A stretch of DNA of 64,000 nucleotides from contig CAVUUR010000012.1 of NCBI GenBank assembly GCA_963744715.1, forward strand, positions 96,001 through 160,000. The letters run 5' to 3'. This document shows, in pieces, positions 40,532 to 50,444 of the stretch. Each line of letters begins with the position of its first letter. The stretch's first letter is position 1. The notes beneath the pieces are model-generated. The model ran no database searches and had not been told where the DNA came from. It saw only the letters and a program-made list of their open reading frames with translations. The stretch is from an uncultured bacterium. Lineage in GTDB: Bacteria; Babelota; Babeliae; Babelales; JACPOV01. Made by a program: the position numbers and the translations under genes.

Positions 40532-42265
40532 TCAAGATTTTTCGATTAGGGCATCGTCCAGTGCTTTTCTTATACCACCAATTCTACCAAATAGTGGTGG
40601 TAGCCCTTCCTGCGTATTTAATTCGGGACTAATGGTACCAACGGTTTCCATGGATTGCACTAAAACACTTGCTACCTGATCAGTCAATGACGTATATACC
40701 GATTGAGTTATCTCCAATTGAGGAAGTTTGCTTTGCTCTTTATCATTAAGATACGTTACTATTGTAGAACCCTTTTGAGGATCTTTAGGATCAATACCTT
40801 TTCCCTTTAGTCCTGCGTAATCACTCAAAAAAGCATCATAGGTTGCTTTTGAAATAGGATTTCTTAATATATATCCAGCATTACGTGCTTGGCGATACTG
40901 CTCAGTCCCCTGTTTTAATGTCTGCATGTTTTTTGTATCTGCTTGCTCGATTTCAGCAGCTGTGGCATTTGGGGTAACACCAAGAATCTTATACATTGAA
41001 GTGAGGTCAGTCTCATTACCAATAAGATGGTCATAGTAAGCAATTAAATTATCAAATAATGTTGGCGATGTAGAGCGATACAAATGTAAATAAGCCTGCA
41101 TGTCACCGGAAAGTTTTTCCAAAAGAGCACTCGCTTGGTTTATACTTTCTTGATCTTGCGCTTTAAAGGTTTTTTCCAACAAGCTTGCTTGTTTAATAAT
41201 AGCTTGGGCTTCATCTTTTAATTGTTGGGCCAACCGAGGGTCGGTCGTTTCATCAATAGTTTTAAGCTTTTCATTAACACTACTCGCTCGAACTTCTAGA
41301 TCTTCAACTGATTGAATCAAACCAATAAATGGTGCTACCGATTTATTAATTGATGCAAACTCTTTAATGAGAACTGTTGGTATTGCTAACTCTTTTTTTG
41401 CAAAAACACGTTCATACCATTCTTTAAACGATCTGGCCAATCTACCAAAAAAACCTGGCTGTTTTTGTTCTTTGACAATCCCAGTCCCGAGCAACTCTTC
41501 ATCAATAGCTCTACTCTTTTGTTCAATACTTGCTTTAAACTCAAGTAATTTTTTCTGATATAATGAAGGTTCTTTATTTTGTTCCGCTGCTTGTACTGCG
41601 GCCAGTTCTTGGTTAAGTATTTCGGCGCTCGGCCTTATCTCTTTGCGCATAGTCGCCAATTGCTCAATTTTCTTATCAACATTGGTATTCTTTTTTATTT
41701 CATTAATATTGGTCATATTCTCAAATGCGTTTCTGACATTGCCTATTTCGGTTATATAAGGAAAATCTACTTGCGAAGGCTTAACGGAAAAAACATTAGC
41801 AAGTTGATCAGCAACGTGCACTAGTTGCTCAGAACTTTTTCCTTCTCGAACAAGTAACGTAGTTAATTCTTTTGTTAAACTTACCATTCTATCTGATATA
41901 GCTTTTCGTTCATTAGTTAGTTGCTGATTTTTTGCCAACGCTTCTTGTTCTTGCTGTTCATTACCAGTTTTAGTTGCTTGTTCATATTCTTGATTTGCCT
42001 CACCTATTTGAGCAGTTTTTAAATTATACGTGGCCCGTTCTATCGCTAAATCTTCTTCTTTTGTACTAAGATCATCACCTTTTTTACGTAATTCCTCTTT
42101 ACGAGCTTCGGCTTCTTTAATTTCTTGTTTCGATTTTTCTTCTAACGCTTTTGCCTCTTCCATGGTTTCAGGTTTTTTTGCTTCCTGCCAGCGCTCGGGT
42201 GCACTCAGTACAACGTGAACAATCATTAGGCAAGAAAACCATACAAAATACTGAATTTTATTCAT
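40532..42265 (-). CDS. Secreted coiled-coil protein with a degenerate J-domain
   Basis: Signal peptide, long heptads; MYKILGVTPNATAAEI...NAGYILRNPISKATYD with no HPD. Confidence 0.75.
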   Translation of the reverse strand: MNKIQYFVWFSCLMIVHVVLSAPERWQEAKKPETMEEAKALEEKSKQEIKEAEARKEELRKKGDDLSTKEEDLAIERATYNLKTAQIGEANQEYEQATKTGNEQQEQEALAKNQQLTNERKAISDRMVSLTKELTTLLVREGKSSEQLVHVADQLANVFSVKPSQVDFPYITEIGNVRNAFENMTNINEIKKNTNVDKKIEQLATMRKEIRPSAEILNQELAAVQAAEQNKEPSLYQKKLLEFKASIEQKSRAIDEELLGTGIVKEQKQPGFFGRLARSFKEWYERVFAKKELAIPTVLIKEFASINKSVAPFIGLIQSVEDLEVRASSVNEKLKTIDETTDPRLAQQLKDEAQAIIKQASLLEKTFKAQDQESINQASALLEKLSGDMQAYLHLYRSTSPTLFDNLIAYYDHLIGNETDLTSMYKILGVTPNATAAEIEQADTKNMQTLKQGTEQYRQARNAGYILRNPISKATYDAFLSDYAGLKGKGIDPKDPQKGSTIVTYLNDKEQSKLPQLEITQSVYTSLTDQVASVLVQSMETVGTISPELNTQEGLPPLFGRIGGIRKALDDALIEKS

Positions 42266-42277
42266 AAAAAAAGCCTA

Positions 42278-44596
42278 TTATCGTTTTATAAAACTTTCCA
42301 ATTGTTGTTTTTGATTACTTAATTGAGCATTAATATTGGTTATAACGTCTTGGTATTGATCTATCGTTTCAATAATTTGACTGCCGACTATACTGGTTAA
42401 TCGCTGAGTCAAATCATTTCCCATTTGGGCAAATGAAGGATCTGTTCCTTGAATCGTTTTATGAATTTCTTCAATACCATCTTTTATTGCCTGTAAATAA
42501 CTAATTTTCATATCACGAAGATCAAAAACACTTTGTACCATATCACTTATGGTAGGTTTTTCTTCCGGTAAATAAACTGCTCGATCCCACGCTTTAATCA
42601 AGAATTCAACGTTTACCATGGTACTATTCAATTTATTTGCAATATCACTATACACGTTGGCAATATCCACCGATGCTTGTGCAAGCATTTTCGTTGCATA
42701 ATCGAGATTACCTTTTTTTGACGGATCGAGAGTTGCTACTTTCAATTTCTCTGCGATTGCATTCACATCAGGATTCTTGAGAATTTCTTCACGAGTGAAA
42801 CCAAGAACTTTTAAATATTCCTCTTTAGCTACTTGATAATTATTAGTAGCGCGCGTTAATTTTACTTTAGAATTGTCAAAAAGATCACGAATATATGTAC
42901 CAATTTTTTTACCAAAATCAATAATCGGTTTTGTTAGTGCTTCGAATTTGTTTGGAGTTCTCAATTGCGCTCGTTCTTGAGCGATTAATAATTCAGCCTT
43001 TTCGATATTAGTCAGAATACGTACTTGCTCTTCTCTTTCTGCGTGAACAGCAGCACCCGTAACATTCGTAATTCGTTTTCCTACCGCTTGCGATACTTGT
43101 GCAATATTCTCCGCAACGTAACCACCCATTCTTGCCAATTGATTAATCAATGCTTCATGATTTTTAAACATTTCAATTAATCTCATTGGAGCAGCAACTC
43201 TTTCAAGAATTGCTCGACTAATTGGACCCGGTATAAACCTTGAATGCGCCATATTTGCAACTCTTCCGAGCTGGGCGTCAACTTCAACGGCAGTATTATC
43301 AAGTGCACTAACAAGGTTTGGTACTTCATGTAGTTCTTGAGCAATTCTACCAATTGCTTCACCTTGAACTTGCAATTGGCCCCCTAACGTATTCAGACGT
43401 TCATTAAGATAGGCAGGACCTTCTCGCATCGTATATAAAACACCGCTAACCATTTCTCCTGCAGTAAAATGAACAAACGCCGCTACTACATCGACGCCTA
43501 TCCTAATACCTTCTACGACATTTCCTGGTAATAAATTTGCGGTTAATGCCCGCGCCCCTTGCATTGCCTGTTGAAACATAGGTTCTTCATTTCTAATAGC
43601 AACACTTGTTTCTGCTATCTTCGGCTGAGCCAAACTATCTATTCCTGCTTGCAATTCTTGTATTAATGCATCTCCCGGTTGCCCCAAATTATAATGTCTT
43701 ATTGCTGCTTGCGTTTCTTGCAATGTTTTTTTCATAGATTCTTTTACTTTAGGATCATCTGATATTGCTGCATCACGTAGTTGAGCAATCCAGACATTAG
43801 TAAATTCATCATTAATGCGTTTCAATTGATCAGAAGGAATTTTATCATAAAGCTTCAAAGTACGGTCAGTCTCATTTATTGGCTTTTTTGAACTTACCAA
43901 TACGGTAGTTATCTGATTGATTCTGTTTTGAGCTTGTTTTGCTAATTCAGGATCATTTTGCGCCGCTAACGCAACAATTTCTTTAAGCGCTTCTCGCTGA
44001 TCTCGATACGAAGGAAAATTTTGGTCCAAGTCCAACATTGCTTTTGCTAAAATGAGCGTCGATTCTTCAGGTTTAGTGTCCCTTAAATCATTTTCCAACG
44101 TATTACGAAATAATTTAAAATCTGGAACAGCCTTACTCGTAGATTCTAACAATACCCCTAATTTTTTCGCTTCTGTTTTAATTTTTTCCAATGCTTGTTC
44201 AGCTCGTGTTACGTCTCGCTGAGCGTTTAGACGCTCATTCTCTTTTTCTTGAATTTTTCCACCCCATTCTTCAGCTTTTGACAAAGCATTTTCACGTCTT
44301 GTTTGCAAGGCCTTAATTATTTCTGTAGCAGTACCTTTGCTTTTTTCTTTTTCAATAGTTTTTTCAAGGTCTTCAGCCTTTTTTACGAGTAGATCTTGAT
44401 TTCTTCTGGCATCCTTTTCATTTTTTTCGGCTTGAGCTAAGCGATCTTTTGCCTCCCTCTCAACTCCTTCAGTCTTTAGCCAGTCTTCTTTTAACTGTTC
44501 ACCACTATCATGCATTGCAACTACGCTCATTACTGGTGCTATAGCGATAAAAAAATAGGTACATATCAATAGAAAAAAGCTATATTTGCATTTCAT
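42278..44596 (-). CDS. Large secreted coiled-coil protein
   Basis: Signal peptide; E/K/Q-rich heptads; 12 bp from the next gene. Confidence 0.75.
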   Translation of the reverse strand: MKCKYSFFLLICTYFFIAIAPVMSVVAMHDSGEQLKEDWLKTEGVEREAKDRLAQAEKNEKDARRNQDLLVKKAEDLEKTIEKEKSKGTATEIIKALQTRRENALSKAEEWGGKIQEKENERLNAQRDVTRAEQALEKIKTEAKKLGVLLESTSKAVPDFKLFRNTLENDLRDTKPEESTLILAKAMLDLDQNFPSYRDQREALKEIVALAAQNDPELAKQAQNRINQITTVLVSSKKPINETDRTLKLYDKIPSDQLKRINDEFTNVWIAQLRDAAISDDPKVKESMKKTLQETQAAIRHYNLGQPGDALIQELQAGIDSLAQPKIAETSVAIRNEEPMFQQAMQGARALTANLLPGNVVEGIRIGVDVVAAFVHFTAGEMVSGVLYTMREGPAYLNERLNTLGGQLQVQGEAIGRIAQELHEVPNLVSALDNTAVEVDAQLGRVANMAHSRFIPGPISRAILERVAAPMRLIEMFKNHEALINQLARMGGYVAENIAQVSQAVGKRITNVTGAAVHAEREEQVRILTNIEKAELLIAQERAQLRTPNKFEALTKPIIDFGKKIGTYIRDLFDNSKVKLTRATNNYQVAKEEYLKVLGFTREEILKNPDVNAIAEKLKVATLDPSKKGNLDYATKMLAQASVDIANVYSDIANKLNSTMVNVEFLIKAWDRAVYLPEEKPTISDMVQSVFDLRDMKISYLQAIKDGIEEIHKTIQGTDPSFAQMGNDLTQRLTSIVGSQIIETIDQYQDVITNINAQLSNQKQQLESFIKR

Positions 44597-44775
44597 TACC
44601 ATTCCTTGTGCTACCAATGAAATCTTTAACGTTATTACCTTCAATATAATAAATTAAAATTCAAATAAGCAATACATTTGATTGCCGAAGCAAAAAACTA
44701 TAATCAGTATTGAATAAAGCAGTTTTTTATCGCACACTAATGGTTAATACTATCATTCATACAAGAAAGAATATT

Positions 44776-45885
44776 ATGAGCATTAAAGCAGGCCTTGTCG
44801 GCCTACCAAATGTTGGAAAATCTACTTTATTTAACGCATTGACCAACTCTTCGGTTCCTGCAGAAAATTATCCTTTTTGCACCATAGAACCACACATTGC
44901 AATCACCGAAGTACTTGATAAACGCATTGATCAATTAAAAAAAGCATTTAATAGCATAAAAACAATTCCGGCAACCGTTACCTTTGTTGATATTGCAGGT
45001 CTCGTACAAGGCGCGGCATCAGGAGAAGGGCTCGGCAATCAATTTTTAAGTCATATTCGCGAAGTTGACCTTATTTTACATGTATTACGGTGTTTTGATG
45101 ATCCTAATATCATTGCAAGCAAAGATATCAATCCATTAGAGGATTTTGATATCATTACTACTGAATTAATGCTTAAAGACCTTGAAAGTGTTCAAAAAAG
45201 GATAGAAAAGGTCCAACATTTAATTAAAGCCGCAAAAAACAAACCTGCAGAACTTAAAGAATTAACCATAGAACATGATCTTCTTCAAGAGCTCAGTAAA
45301 GCCCTTAACCTTCTGGATGTTCAAAAGATACGCTCTTTAGTCAGTACATCATCTGTACCTACCATTCCTTTATTATCAGCTAAAAATTTCCTGATTATCG
45401 CCAATGTAAGCGAATCAGAACTTGAAGATAATGCCTATGAAAAAAATCAACATTATCAAGCAGTCCTCAAGCGATTCGGCTCTGAAAAAATAATTCCTAT
45501 TTGTGCAAAAATAGAATCGGAATTAACCCAGCTTTCCGCTCAGGAAGCACAAGAAATTATGGATTTGTTAGGCATTTCATGCCGTGGCCTTGAGACTATT
45601 ATACAAAAAACCTATCATTCCTTAGGATTAATAACTTTTTTTACCTGCGGCCCAAAAGAAATCCATGCATGGCCAGTAAAAAAAGGAATTACTATTCGGC
45701 AGGCGGCGGGAGAAATTCATTCCGATCTTGAACGTGGCTTTATTTGTGCTGATATATTCAATTGCTCAGATCTTTTTTCCTTGGGAAGTGAGCAAAAAGT
45801 GAAGGATGAGGGCAAAATGCGCACCGAAGGACAGGGTTACATAGTTCGTGATGGGGATATTGTCCACATCAAATTCAATGTATAA
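44776..45885 (+). CDS. ychF: Redox-regulated ATPase YchF
   Basis: GLVGLPNVGKSTLFNALT, NYPFCTIEP, DIAGLV, GEGLGNQFL, C-terminal TGS ending FNV. Confidence 0.97.
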   Translation: MSIKAGLVGLPNVGKSTLFNALTNSSVPAENYPFCTIEPHIAITEVLDKRIDQLKKAFNSIKTIPATVTFVDIAGLVQGAASGEGLGNQFLSHIREVDLILHVLRCFDDPNIIASKDINPLEDFDIITTELMLKDLESVQKRIEKVQHLIKAAKNKPAELKELTIEHDLLQELSKALNLLDVQKIRSLVSTSSVPTIPLLSAKNFLIIANVSESELEDNAYEKNQHYQAVLKRFGSEKIIPICAKIESELTQLSAQEAQEIMDLLGISCRGLETIIQKTYHSLGLITFFTCGPKEIHAWPVKKGITIRQAAGEIHSDLERGFICADIFNCSDLFSLGSEQKVKDEGKMRTEGQGYIVRDGDIVHIKFNV

Positions 45886-46029
45886 CTTTCGAGTAAAAAA
45901 AAGTCAGTATAAAGCAACTTTTTTGATATAAATAACAATTATCTAGTATTAAGATGCTCAAATTTATGCTATAATGCTCTTGGTAAAGTAATCTGTTGGT
46001 AACCATCCAACAAAAAGGCATGGAGCATT

Positions 46030-46494
46030 ATGAAACGAAAGAAAGGCTTTTTCTCAATATCTGCAGTAGCAAAAATGTTTTCGGTACATCAGCAAACGGT
46101 ACGGCTCTATGAAAAGGAAGGACTGATTACTCCTAAACGCTCTACTGGCAATACACGCCTTTTTTCTGAAGAAGATGTTGATAAGCTTGAACAAATTATT
46201 TATTTAACTCATGAGTTAGGCATAAATCTGGCAGGTGTCGAAATGGTGCTACGGCTACAAAAACAAATAAAAAAACTACAAAAAGAAATAAATGACGCGT
46301 TTAAGGAAACAAACCAGCAACTTGATAAAGAAAGCCAGGTATTTAAAGAGCAGGCTAAAGAACGAGCACAGCGCCTTTTAAGTATGAAACAGCAATCGGC
46401 AAAAAAAGAGCCCGCCACTTCTCAAGCCGGCAAAGAATCACAAGAAAAAGAGACTTTTGACCTGGCACAGTGGGAAATAAGTTACGACGAATAA
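46030..46494 (+). CDS. hspR: MerR-family heat-shock repressor HspR
   Basis: SISAVAKMFSVHQQTVRLYEKEGLITPKRS.GNTRLFS...ELGINLAGVE. Confidence 0.8.
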   Translation: MKRKKGFFSISAVAKMFSVHQQTVRLYEKEGLITPKRSTGNTRLFSEEDVDKLEQIIYLTHELGINLAGVEMVLRLQKQIKKLQKEINDAFKETNQQLDKESQVFKEQAKERAQRLLSMKQQSAKKEPATSQAGKESQEKETFDLAQWEISYDE

Positions 46495-46573
46495 AAAATG
46501 TTTCAATATTGTTATAAACAAGATAGATTATTATAGTGAGTAACAAAATAGTCCAAGATAAAGGGCTTTATGT

Positions 46574-47020
46574 ATGAAAAAAAATTTTTTTGATAATGAA
46601 ATCAATCAGTGCGAACTTTCGTATGAATTTTTATATTTGTTAAAATGGCTTTTGGATAATGAGGTAGACACGTTAAAAAAACTTGTTACTAGTGCTGTTA
46701 AACATGGCTTTAAAAATACTATGCATCCTAATGATGCGGCTTCTGAAAATATACAAAATAGTATTATTGATTTTCTCGATCTTCTTGATACGCTTCTCGT
46801 GGAAGTTATACATGAGCAAAGTGTAAAAAAAATATTGGATAAGAATTTATTACCCGCCCTTGATCAAATTGATGCAAAAGTATACGACAAATCAGTTGTT
46901 CAATCGAGCCTTGAAAAAGCAACGGCAGCGTTTGATAATTTCCCAGAAAAAAACCCTCAAGATATATTATTTAAAGAATTACTCAAACGTTGGAAGCCCA
47001 ATAAAAATTCAGTAAATTAA
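46574..47020 (+). CDS. Hypothetical protein
   Basis: 148 aa ORF with RBS; ends LLKRWKP. Confidence 0.7.
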   Translation: MKKNFFDNEINQCELSYEFLYLLKWLLDNEVDTLKKLVTSAVKHGFKNTMHPNDAASENIQNSIIDFLDLLDTLLVEVIHEQSVKKILDKNLLPALDQIDAKVYDKSVVQSSLEKATAAFDNFPEKNPQDILFKELLKRWKPNKNSVN

Positions 47021-47023
47021 TGA

Positions 47024-47641
47024 TTATGCAAACTCAAAAAAAATTGAGTTTGCATAACACTCTCTCAATTCGAACATCGGTAAACCAAGAATAGTGGTAT
47101 ATGATCCCTCAATTGATTTGAGAAATTGTGCTCCATAACTTTGAATAGTAACACCACCACTTAAATCACAATAATGCGGAATCGACTCTAAATATTTTTC
47201 TATCCAACTATCAGGCATATCAAAAATATACCGCGTCACAACACATTCAAGAATACGTTCCTCAGTATGCCATGAACCGCCATTATAATATTTTTTATCA
47301 AGGCAAAACGCAGTACCACAAATACCCCCCTGGCGTAACGCCTTTATTTTTTCTATAACATCCGATTTACTAGAAGGTTTTCCATGAATAACGCCATCGT
47401 TGTCTTGACCCATCGTATCAGCAGTTAATACAAAACAGTAATCCTTTTTTTCCCTTGCGGGAAGCACTGCATGTTCCATTTTTTTTACGGCAATAGTTTT
47501 TAATACATCTTCAAATGGCAATGTCCAATCACACGCTTGTTCATCAGCTGATTGTACAATTAACTCAAAAGGAATTTTTGCTTCCTGCAGTAATATTTTT
47601 CGCGAATTGGATTGAGATGCTAATAGTAAAATATTATTCAT
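47024..47641 (-). CDS. maf: Maf-family nucleotide pyrophosphatase
   Basis: LLLASQSNSRKILL, LTADT, GKP, IEGSYTTILGLP. Confidence 0.9.
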   Translation of the reverse strand: MNNILLLASQSNSRKILLQEAKIPFELIVQSADEQACDWTLPFEDVLKTIAVKKMEHAVLPAREKKDYCFVLTADTMGQDNDGVIHGKPSSKSDVIEKIKALRQGGICGTAFCLDKKYYNGGSWHTEERILECVVTRYIFDMPDSWIEKYLESIPHYCDLSGGVTIQSYGAQFLKSIEGSYTTILGLPMFELRECYANSIFFEFA

Positions 47642-47793
47642 GTTAAGTTCTTTTTTTCTTCCTGTTGTATGTGAAATTTTTTTGTTAAACAGTTAAAGAT
47701 ATAACAATTTTCACGCATATGATACAGTAGCTACATGAAAACAACAATATAAAAAAATAATTTTTGTGCAATTTTCATGATCAAAAGTAGTTT

Positions 47794-49056
47794 ATGAAGC
47801 CAGCATTCGCTTTTAAGATAATTTTCCCCCTATCATTTTTTATTACGTATCATACGTTACCAAACGATGCAGGTTTTGATCTTACTGTTGTTGGCCCTAT
47901 TGCATTTGCTGATGGTATTGGCAGACAATCGATAGAAATTATTGATTCGTTACATAAAGAATTGACCATTAACTTTGTTCACTCACGAATGAGCTATCCA
48001 GTACTATTCACCCAAGAATCATTACAAGATATCCCCCCACATATTCATAGTATCCTTAAAGAGCAAACGCCAGGATTTAGCAATGTTACTCTTTTTGAAG
48101 ATGTTCTGACGTACAATGGTCATGATTTTTATAAAAAAATACCGCATGATACGCTCATTAAAATTGCTTATACTATGTTTGAAGGAACAGCAATTCCAGC
48201 AACCTGGGTGACCATTCTCAATACTTATTTTGATGCAGCTGTGGTACCGGATCATTATTTAAAAATAGTGTATAGTCAATGCGGCGTGAAAATTCCAATT
48301 TTTGTACTACCATTAGGTGTGTATTTAGAACCTTTTTTACAAAAAAAAATTAAAAAATCATCTAACAAACCTTTCGTTTTTGGCGTTTCTGCTGCATTTA
48401 GTTATCGAAAAAATCACACATTATTACTTAAAAGTTTCGCGCAGGAATTCGGCAATAACCCTAATGTATTATTAAAAATACATGGACGTTATGCACAACC
48501 TGATATCTATAATGAAGTAATAGCCCTTATTCAAGAGCTTAATCTATTAAATATTGTACTTATTGATACCTCATTATCATGGGATGAATATGTAGAATTT
48601 ATTGCTTCGCTGGATTGTTATGTACTTTTATCTAAAGCTGAAGGATTTTCTATTACTCCCCGCGAAGCCCTAGCATGTGGCGTTCCTTGTATTCTTTCTA
48701 ACAACACGGCACATACAACCATTTGTAACACCGGATTTGTTCTATCGGTTCCCTCACTAATACCAGAATCAATTTTAACGGCACAATCCATTCCCGGATA
48801 TATATTTAACTGTGATAATTCTGACGTTAGAAAAGCCCTTAGGGAAATGTACAATAACTATACTGTTTATAAAAAAAAAGCAGAAGACGCTCGCTCTTGG
48901 GTATCTTTTTATCAACATACTACATTAAAACCATTTTATTTAAGTCTCATCAAACCTAAAAAAGTAATTCTTGGCGATGAAAATCGAATCGAACAAGATT
49001 ATTTGATAACAAACTGTAAAAAGTTATATGAAAAATATATGATTTTTTCACATTAA
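47794..49056 (+). CDS. Glycosyltransferase (GT4-like) with N-terminal leader, paralog 1
   Basis: ADGIGRQ, YTMFEGTAIP..W, RKNH, EGFSITPREALACG (Ex7E). Confidence 0.88.
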   Translation: MKPAFAFKIIFPLSFFITYHTLPNDAGFDLTVVGPIAFADGIGRQSIEIIDSLHKELTINFVHSRMSYPVLFTQESLQDIPPHIHSILKEQTPGFSNVTLFEDVLTYNGHDFYKKIPHDTLIKIAYTMFEGTAIPATWVTILNTYFDAAVVPDHYLKIVYSQCGVKIPIFVLPLGVYLEPFLQKKIKKSSNKPFVFGVSAAFSYRKNHTLLLKSFAQEFGNNPNVLLKIHGRYAQPDIYNEVIALIQELNLLNIVLIDTSLSWDEYVEFIASLDCYVLLSKAEGFSITPREALACGVPCILSNNTAHTTICNTGFVLSVPSLIPESILTAQSIPGYIFNCDNSDVRKALREMYNNYTVYKKKAEDARSWVSFYQHTTLKPFYLSLIKPKKVILGDENRIEQDYLITNCKKLYEKYMIFSH

Positions 49057-49143
49057 TAAAAAAATTTATGCACATATTCTAGCAAGATATCTATCATAAT
49101 CATTAAACTAAACAACAGTTCTAAAAAAATATAGGGGGAGGGT

Positions 49144-50421
49144 ATGAATAAAAAAGGATTGTATTTAATAAAATATAAAGTAAGTACTGTATTTTTTTTC
49201 TATTTTTTTTTACAAGCAGAACAAGTCCCTTTTGATCTAACCGTTATAGGATTGGTCAATTTTGCTGACGGCATTGGAAGACAGGCAGTTGGTCTTATTG
49301 ATTGTTTAAAAAACGATCTTACCATTAATTTTATTAATACACGAAAAAAAAGGTCTCGTTACCTTAACGTGCAAGATGTTCCCATAAAAGTTGTTGAAAT
49401 TTTACAAAAGGAAGAACCGGGAACCAGTAACGTTGCAATCCTAGAAGATGTCTTGAGTAATGGCAATAAACTTTACCCAGAATATTATTATAAATATGTT
49501 CCAGAACATAGTACCATACGGTTTGCCTACTCAATGTTTGAATCGACGGCAATACCTCAGGAATGGGTAACCATTCTTAACGCTTATTTTGATGCAGTAG
49601 TTGTTCCTGATCCTTTTTTAATTACCGTATATAAAAATTCTGGTGTTACTATTCCTATTTTTATGGTTCCATTAGGTATTTATATTGAAGATTTTTTATC
49701 CTTTCAAGAAAAAAAATCTCCTCATACGCCATTTACTTTCGGTTTTTCCGGAGCCTTTTCTGAGCGAAAAAATCATATGCTTTTATTGCAAAGCTTTGCG
49801 GAAGAATTCGGTAATAATCCCAATGTAATGCTCCGTATTCATGGGCGTTTTGGTAATCAAATTTATAACACATTGGCCTCGATGATTAAAACATTAAATC
49901 TTTCTAACGTAGAACTGATTCATAAAAATTTTAGCTGGCAACAGTACATTGATTTTATGACATCAATTGATTGCTATGTTTCCATTTCTCGCGGTGAAGG
50001 GTTTTCTATTACACCGCGCGAGGCATTAGCGTGCGGTATTCCTACTATTATTTCTAATAATACAGCACAAAAAACTATTGGTAATAGCGGCTATGTTCGT
50101 ACCGTTCCTTCATCATTGGAGGCTCCAGCTTTTTACGAGCATTTACAAGAATACGTTGGCACTGACTTTAATTGCTCTCTTGATGATGTAAAAACTGCAT
50201 TACGAGACGTATATGAACATTATTCTACGTATTTACAAAAGGCACAACACGGTAGAATATGGGTAAGCCAATATCTTTATTCAAATTTACGCAGCAAGTA
50301 TCTTTCATTAATTAAACCCAAAAAAATAATACTTGGTGATGAAAATTTGGTGGAAGATGATTATGTAATAACTAATTCCAAAGCACTATATGATAAATTC
50401 ACCACGTTTATAAAACAATAA
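49144..50421 (+). CDS. Glycosyltransferase (GT4-like) with N-terminal leader, paralog 2
   Basis: Same motifs as the neighbour: YSMFESTAIP, RKNH, EGFSITPREALACG. Confidence 0.88.
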   Translation: MNKKGLYLIKYKVSTVFFFYFFLQAEQVPFDLTVIGLVNFADGIGRQAVGLIDCLKNDLTINFINTRKKRSRYLNVQDVPIKVVEILQKEEPGTSNVAILEDVLSNGNKLYPEYYYKYVPEHSTIRFAYSMFESTAIPQEWVTILNAYFDAVVVPDPFLITVYKNSGVTIPIFMVPLGIYIEDFLSFQEKKSPHTPFTFGFSGAFSERKNHMLLLQSFAEEFGNNPNVMLRIHGRFGNQIYNTLASMIKTLNLSNVELIHKNFSWQQYIDFMTSIDCYVSISRGEGFSITPREALACGIPTIISNNTAQKTIGNSGYVRTVPSSLEAPAFYEHLQEYVGTDFNCSLDDVKTALRDVYEHYSTYLQKAQHGRIWVSQYLYSNLRSKYLSLIKPKKIILGDENLVEDDYVITNSKALYDKFTTFIKQ

Positions 50422-50444
50422 TATTTTTACCATGAGATGGATAC

